DNA from: Callorhinchus milii | Taxonomy: Eukaryota | Direction of reading: 5' to 3' | Assembly (NCBI RefSeq): GCF_018977255.1 | Contig: NW_024704742.1 | Span: 98,520,001 to 98,584,000, forward strand | Length of the DNA stretch: 64,000 nt | Shown here: piece by piece, positions 59,656 to 64,000 of the stretch | Numbering within the stretch: the first letter of the stretch is position 1 | Layout of the letters: each line of letters starts with the position of its first letter | Position numbers and translations under genes: made by a program | Notes under the pieces: model-generated | Databases searched by the model: none | The model's input: only the letters and a program-made list of their open reading frames with translations | What the model was told of the DNA's origin: nothing

Positions 59656-62600
59656 TTCACTTCAAAAAACACAACCGCGAATGACTGACACAATTACTCT
59701 GAAGACAATTTCTAAAGTAATAAAATAATGGATTGCACAAACTAACATTTTCATATTTCAGCTTTTGTGCCCCTCTTTTGTTTGTCGCATAATAGTGAAT
59801 CAAATGTATTGTATAATGTCTGTGGACCATGCATGAAAAGAGATTTTATGGGTTATAGCACTTAGAGCGCTGCTCAGGTTCGGTCATGTGGGAAGAGTAA
59901 GCACCAATGAAGGTGCAAATCCCTGTAGATTTCTCTGATGTACTTATAATATACCCTTTGGTATGTGTGTGTGTGTTGTGTGTGTGTGGAGGGGGAGTGT
60001 TGTATTTTGTTAACCTTTTGACGACTGAGTATAAGGGAGGTGCACTTGGACAGCAAATGCTTTACAGGTTAACTTTTATTTAAGAAAGGTCCTAAACTTC
60101 TGCATTCAAAAGATTTTAAGGGGTATTCCCTGTTGTTTTTCTTTGCATCCCCACTAAATCTATGTAATACTTGGAAATGCTGGCAATTTAAAAATGACAT
60201 ATATTGATGTGCAGAAACAATAAGCCCCCCAAAACACAGTGCAAATAACAGCAGTGCAATAAAACACACTGGAAACATACCAAACGTAAGGAAATATATT
60301 TTAAAAAACTATCAACCCACAATTGAGGGGGAATTGACTAATTCTAACCTTTGGTTCATCATATAAGCCTGTTCATTATTATTTACATTGTTTTTTTTCA
60401 GTGATATTCCCCATGATTCCAAGCCCATGCTCACATGTCATGGCAGTGGGTGAGTGCAATGATTTAATGGTTGTGAGATCCAACTAATGTTTCTAATGAG
60501 ATGGTGCTTGAAGGTGTGCAATGATACAGAACATGATTTCTATGTAGACAACAGCAGGCTTTGTCTGATCAGCAGAGAGCCACCATAAACCAACCATTAT
60601 GTCATTGGGATTAGGCAGGAACAATCGTACTTTATTCTGGCTTTAAAAAAGTGTCAGTGTATATTTTATTTTCATTCAAAAAAAGATAATATTACTATGA
60701 TACTTAGAAAGCTGGTTGGGTTTTAGTTAATTTTCCCTTCCCAAATCCATCAAATCCATTCTTTTATTGATACATGAAGATCAGAAAATGTAGTAGTGAT
60801 CTGCAGAAGGTGAAATAGAAATAGGGATTTTTTCTGTTTCAAAGAAAAACCTCTAGTTTTAACCAAAATGTTAATTTTGATGGCACGGTAGGTGAGAGTA
60901 CTAACCCACTGTGCTCTGGAATGGTAGAATTCAGGCTCCTGTCTTAGATGTTCTATAGCATGAAGCTTGGATCTCGAGTGGAACTGTCTAAACAGCTGAG
61001 GGGTTTCTCTTGAGGGAGGGCGGGGAGAACGGAGGCCAATGTTTCTCTCGTGTGCCCTTTACTAATATCAAGTGTCAGTACTGTCATAACCTGGTGGCAG
61101 GTCGCTGCACACCCTCTGAATTAAAGGTTGTCTTGCAGATCCTTTGCATTGAAACAAAATGGTTATTAAACAGAGTGATGGATAAATGAACAAAAACAAA
61201 ATTTAAACAGAACAATTTACAGTCTGTTTGACTACAGTTTAAGACAAAAGAACATGAAATAGCCAGGAATATCAAAGTAAAATTACGGCAAAGGGCAAAT
61301 AATTATAACTACTATTACATTATCTCTTGCAATAATATTTCCTGAAATTCTGATAATCACTCCCATTTTTGTAATAGAAGAAAATTTAATGTGAAAAGAT
61401 GGAAAATTAATGTTTTCCTGCACTACAAACTATTGTTACATCTTTCATAAAGCTTTTATAAACAATGCAATCGGTATGAATCAGCAATGACTGCAGCTAT
61501 TGTTTCAAATGTATCGCAACTATATTCCGTAACTTTAAATACAAATTATGTTTTATTTTTTGATTCCACATGAAATATTTTCTATTTAATTACTACACGC
61601 AAATTATTTTTTATTTCATGTGCATAAATTATTGTACTTTTTCATTTATCGCACAAAAAATATTTTTGAATTTAGAAGCAATTCCTTATTTTTACGAGTT
61701 TACAACTGTCTGGAACATGGGTAGAGCTGCTATTGATAACAGCTGCTGCCGAATCAGTTAATGCCAGTGATTAAACTGTGCTCCAGCTATCGGTAATGAG
61801 CACAGATGGAACTGAGTCCAGCCGCCTTGTAACAGACACATTTAATCTACAACGATCGTGGATTATAATTTCAATTAATCTTACTGGTCTACGGTTTCAC
61901 GGGATTGTTTGCGTTTAAATTTGCATGTTGTCTAGACATGACATCACATTTACTCTTTGTTTATTTGAAACAATATAATTAAAATATGAGTCTGCTCTCA
62001 CTCATAATCACTTTCACTCCATGTAAACAATGCCATTGCCTCCTATACTTTACTGGGCAGCTGGGATAGCACAAGACATGTTAATTATAAACTGAGACTT
62101 GACAGTTCTTAAATTCTGAATTTTGGTTATATTAAATTGAATCCATTTTAATTTGCTATCGCAGTTCGCCAATCACCATTGGATTTTAATTTGAATCAGT
62201 AAATATCTCTTTTAGTTTTTCTGCTCACAATTGCGTTTTAAATTTTTACTGTGAGGTCTTTAATACTACAGTGCTCCTGTTAAATCAATTATTCCAATCT
62301 GCGAGCACATAAAGGACAAAAGCATTCATTGTGAAATGGTACTGTTTCTCCCAATTGCTTCTGTGCATTTAGATTGTTTGGGGAAAAAAAAGTTGATGTC
62401 AAATTCACGTGGAAATATTTCTTTAAGTGTCAGGGAAATGGACAATAAGGTTTATTCTCTGGCATTTCAGATGGTGGTAGCTAAATGATGTACCAAAATG
62501 TAGGAAAAAGACTGTTTGGGTGTTTATATCAAAACATGTTCTTAATCTATGTAGGATTTTTAAAAAAGTATATGCCTCAGGATATCTTTTTTTCATCGAA

Positions 62601-62684
62601 TTTGTAAGCCCTAAAAGATCCAAGTCAATATTGGCCAGCTACTCTTCAAGTACAAAGAAGAACGTAAACAAATACCCTATTCAC

Positions 62685-62825
62685 AGAAATAGCTAATTAG
62701 CATCTGATCTGTTTTGCCTTTTTCGCTCACAAAATATACAGTCAATTCACTTTTTAGAGAAATAGCTAATTCACATCTGATCTGTTTTGCCCATTTCGCT
62801 CACAAAATATACAGTCAATTCACTT
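62685..62825 (+). repeat. 68-bp tandem duplication spanning a SINE 5' junction
   Basis: 62685-62752 vs 62758-62825, 64/68 identical. Confidence 0.9.
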
Positions 62826-62909
62826 CACAGTATATTCTTGAAGCACTTTGAGACGTCTTGAAGACGTGATAAGCTGCTCTGAAATGCAAGGATTATCATT
62901 ATTATTATT
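62790..62909 (+). mobile_element. Young SINE 3' fragment
   Basis: cacaaaatatacagtcaattcactt..gagacgtcttgaagacgtgataag..aaatgcaaggattat. Confidence 0.85.
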
Positions 62910-63297
62910 CCTACCGGATCTCCTTTATTCTGCTTTCCATTTTCTTCCACTCATTGTATCGCCTCGGTAATATGACGCAGAGAAGCATAATGGCCAGCAA
63001 AATTATTTTGGGAGATTCATCTTTCCTTTTGTTAGACTTTCCAGGATTTTCAAGTTCGAGAAACAGCCCAAAAGCAAAAGCATCAAACCAGAACTGTACA
63101 GTGCAATTCTGTGGAATCAGACGTGGACAATATTCGACTTGGCTTTAATAACTTTTGCAGGCAAGTAGCCTGCTAATACTCCCTGTCAATATTCACAGAT
63201 AAACAATGGGCATTTAGATGAAGACATTTAGATGAGGAAAGACAATTGACACAAGTGGAACCAGTAAAAGGGGAAACTAAATCAGATTCCATCAGGG

Positions 63298-63390
63298 GGT
63301 CAGCCGAGTGTCTGGAACATGTGGAAACCCATCACCATTCTTAAGAGTGTCCAAACCAAGGCTGAGATTTCCATGCATCCCACCTACACA
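63298..63390. repeat. Unclassified interspersed repeat, homologous to 10512-10667; may extend to ~63920
   Basis: ggtcagcc..gtgtctg..ggaaacccatcaccat..tccaaacca..ctgaga..tccatgcatc..ctacaca shared in the same order. Confidence 0.65.
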
Positions 63391-64000
63391 TGGAAATCGC
63401 AGAGATAGATTATTGGAATGCTCTCTCCCTGGAGGGACTCATCCTGCTTACTTAATTCTGTAAAGTCTTAGGTACAGGTTGGCAAGAACTAAGGCTTGGG
63501 GACTCCAGAGTCTGCATTGGGGTACTGCTGGAGTCTAACCAGCTAAAACCACATAGGTTGCCATTGATATCACTTGATTGTCATCAAGCCATTGATGTCC
63601 GGCAAGCTTTCCCACTGCTTGTCCAGCTTGGTCCACCCTACCCAATTGGGCTTTGGGTTGCAAGATTAACAGGAGCTGAGTGGGATGACTCTCTGCCCCC
63701 AGTGACTGGTCTGCCCTTCCTGGCCCTGCTGAAGAGGTGTCATCAGCAGTGCCCTGGAATATTGCAGACTCGCCGACCTCAGAAACTTGACAACCAAGAC
63801 CGTCAAAGAGGACTGGCTCAATTTCTACATTCCATTGCCAAATATGTCACCTTGGAACCAATTCAGCTCCAAGTAGACCCCACTTATTCCTTCAGAAGAA
63901 AAGAGGAGGTAACATAGTGGAGAAATAAACAAATAATCAAGTATTATTATTATTATTTATTATATATTATTAGACGGATTCTCAGAGGTTTTGAATTATT

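Noticed and set aside
62911..63150. Minus-strand stop-to-stop frame (~77 codons) with a hydrophobic stretch and possible splice sites
   Set aside because: No recognisable homology, mediocre donor abutting a SINE tail, length within chance expectation

Overview
Eukaryotic, AT-rich, repeat-dense non-coding DNA (intron or intergenic) from a vertebrate. The repeat content points to a cartilaginous fish, plausibly a chimaera/elephant-shark-type genome; this is inferred from the repeat families. No intact, recognisable protein-coding gene is present. The informative ORFs are decayed reverse-transcriptase fragments of L2 and CR1 LINEs; the rest look like chance ORFs. The window contains: (i) many 5'-truncated L2 copies ending in (TTG)n; (ii) CR1 3' fragments; (iii) an old tRNA-headed Deu-domain SINE (SacSINE1/AmnSINE1-like); (iv) a younger tRNA-Ala-like SINE in long and short forms with an L2-type tail and (TTA)n end; (v) short palindromic Penelope-derived elements carrying a minimal hammerhead-ribozyme core, flanked by target-site duplications (TSDs). 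The most interesting items are the hammerhead-bearing palindromic elements (13918-14151, 3436-3552), a 19-nt locally templated inverted insertion inside a SINE, two fold-back L2 structures, a ~57-bp TSD-like repeat, repeated tandem duplications at retroelement 5' junctions, and a ~4.8-kb nearly transposon-free island with a cluster of Meis and Pbx-Hox motifs. Boundaries of old repeats are approximate (read by eye). I cannot show that any of this is a previously undescribed system.
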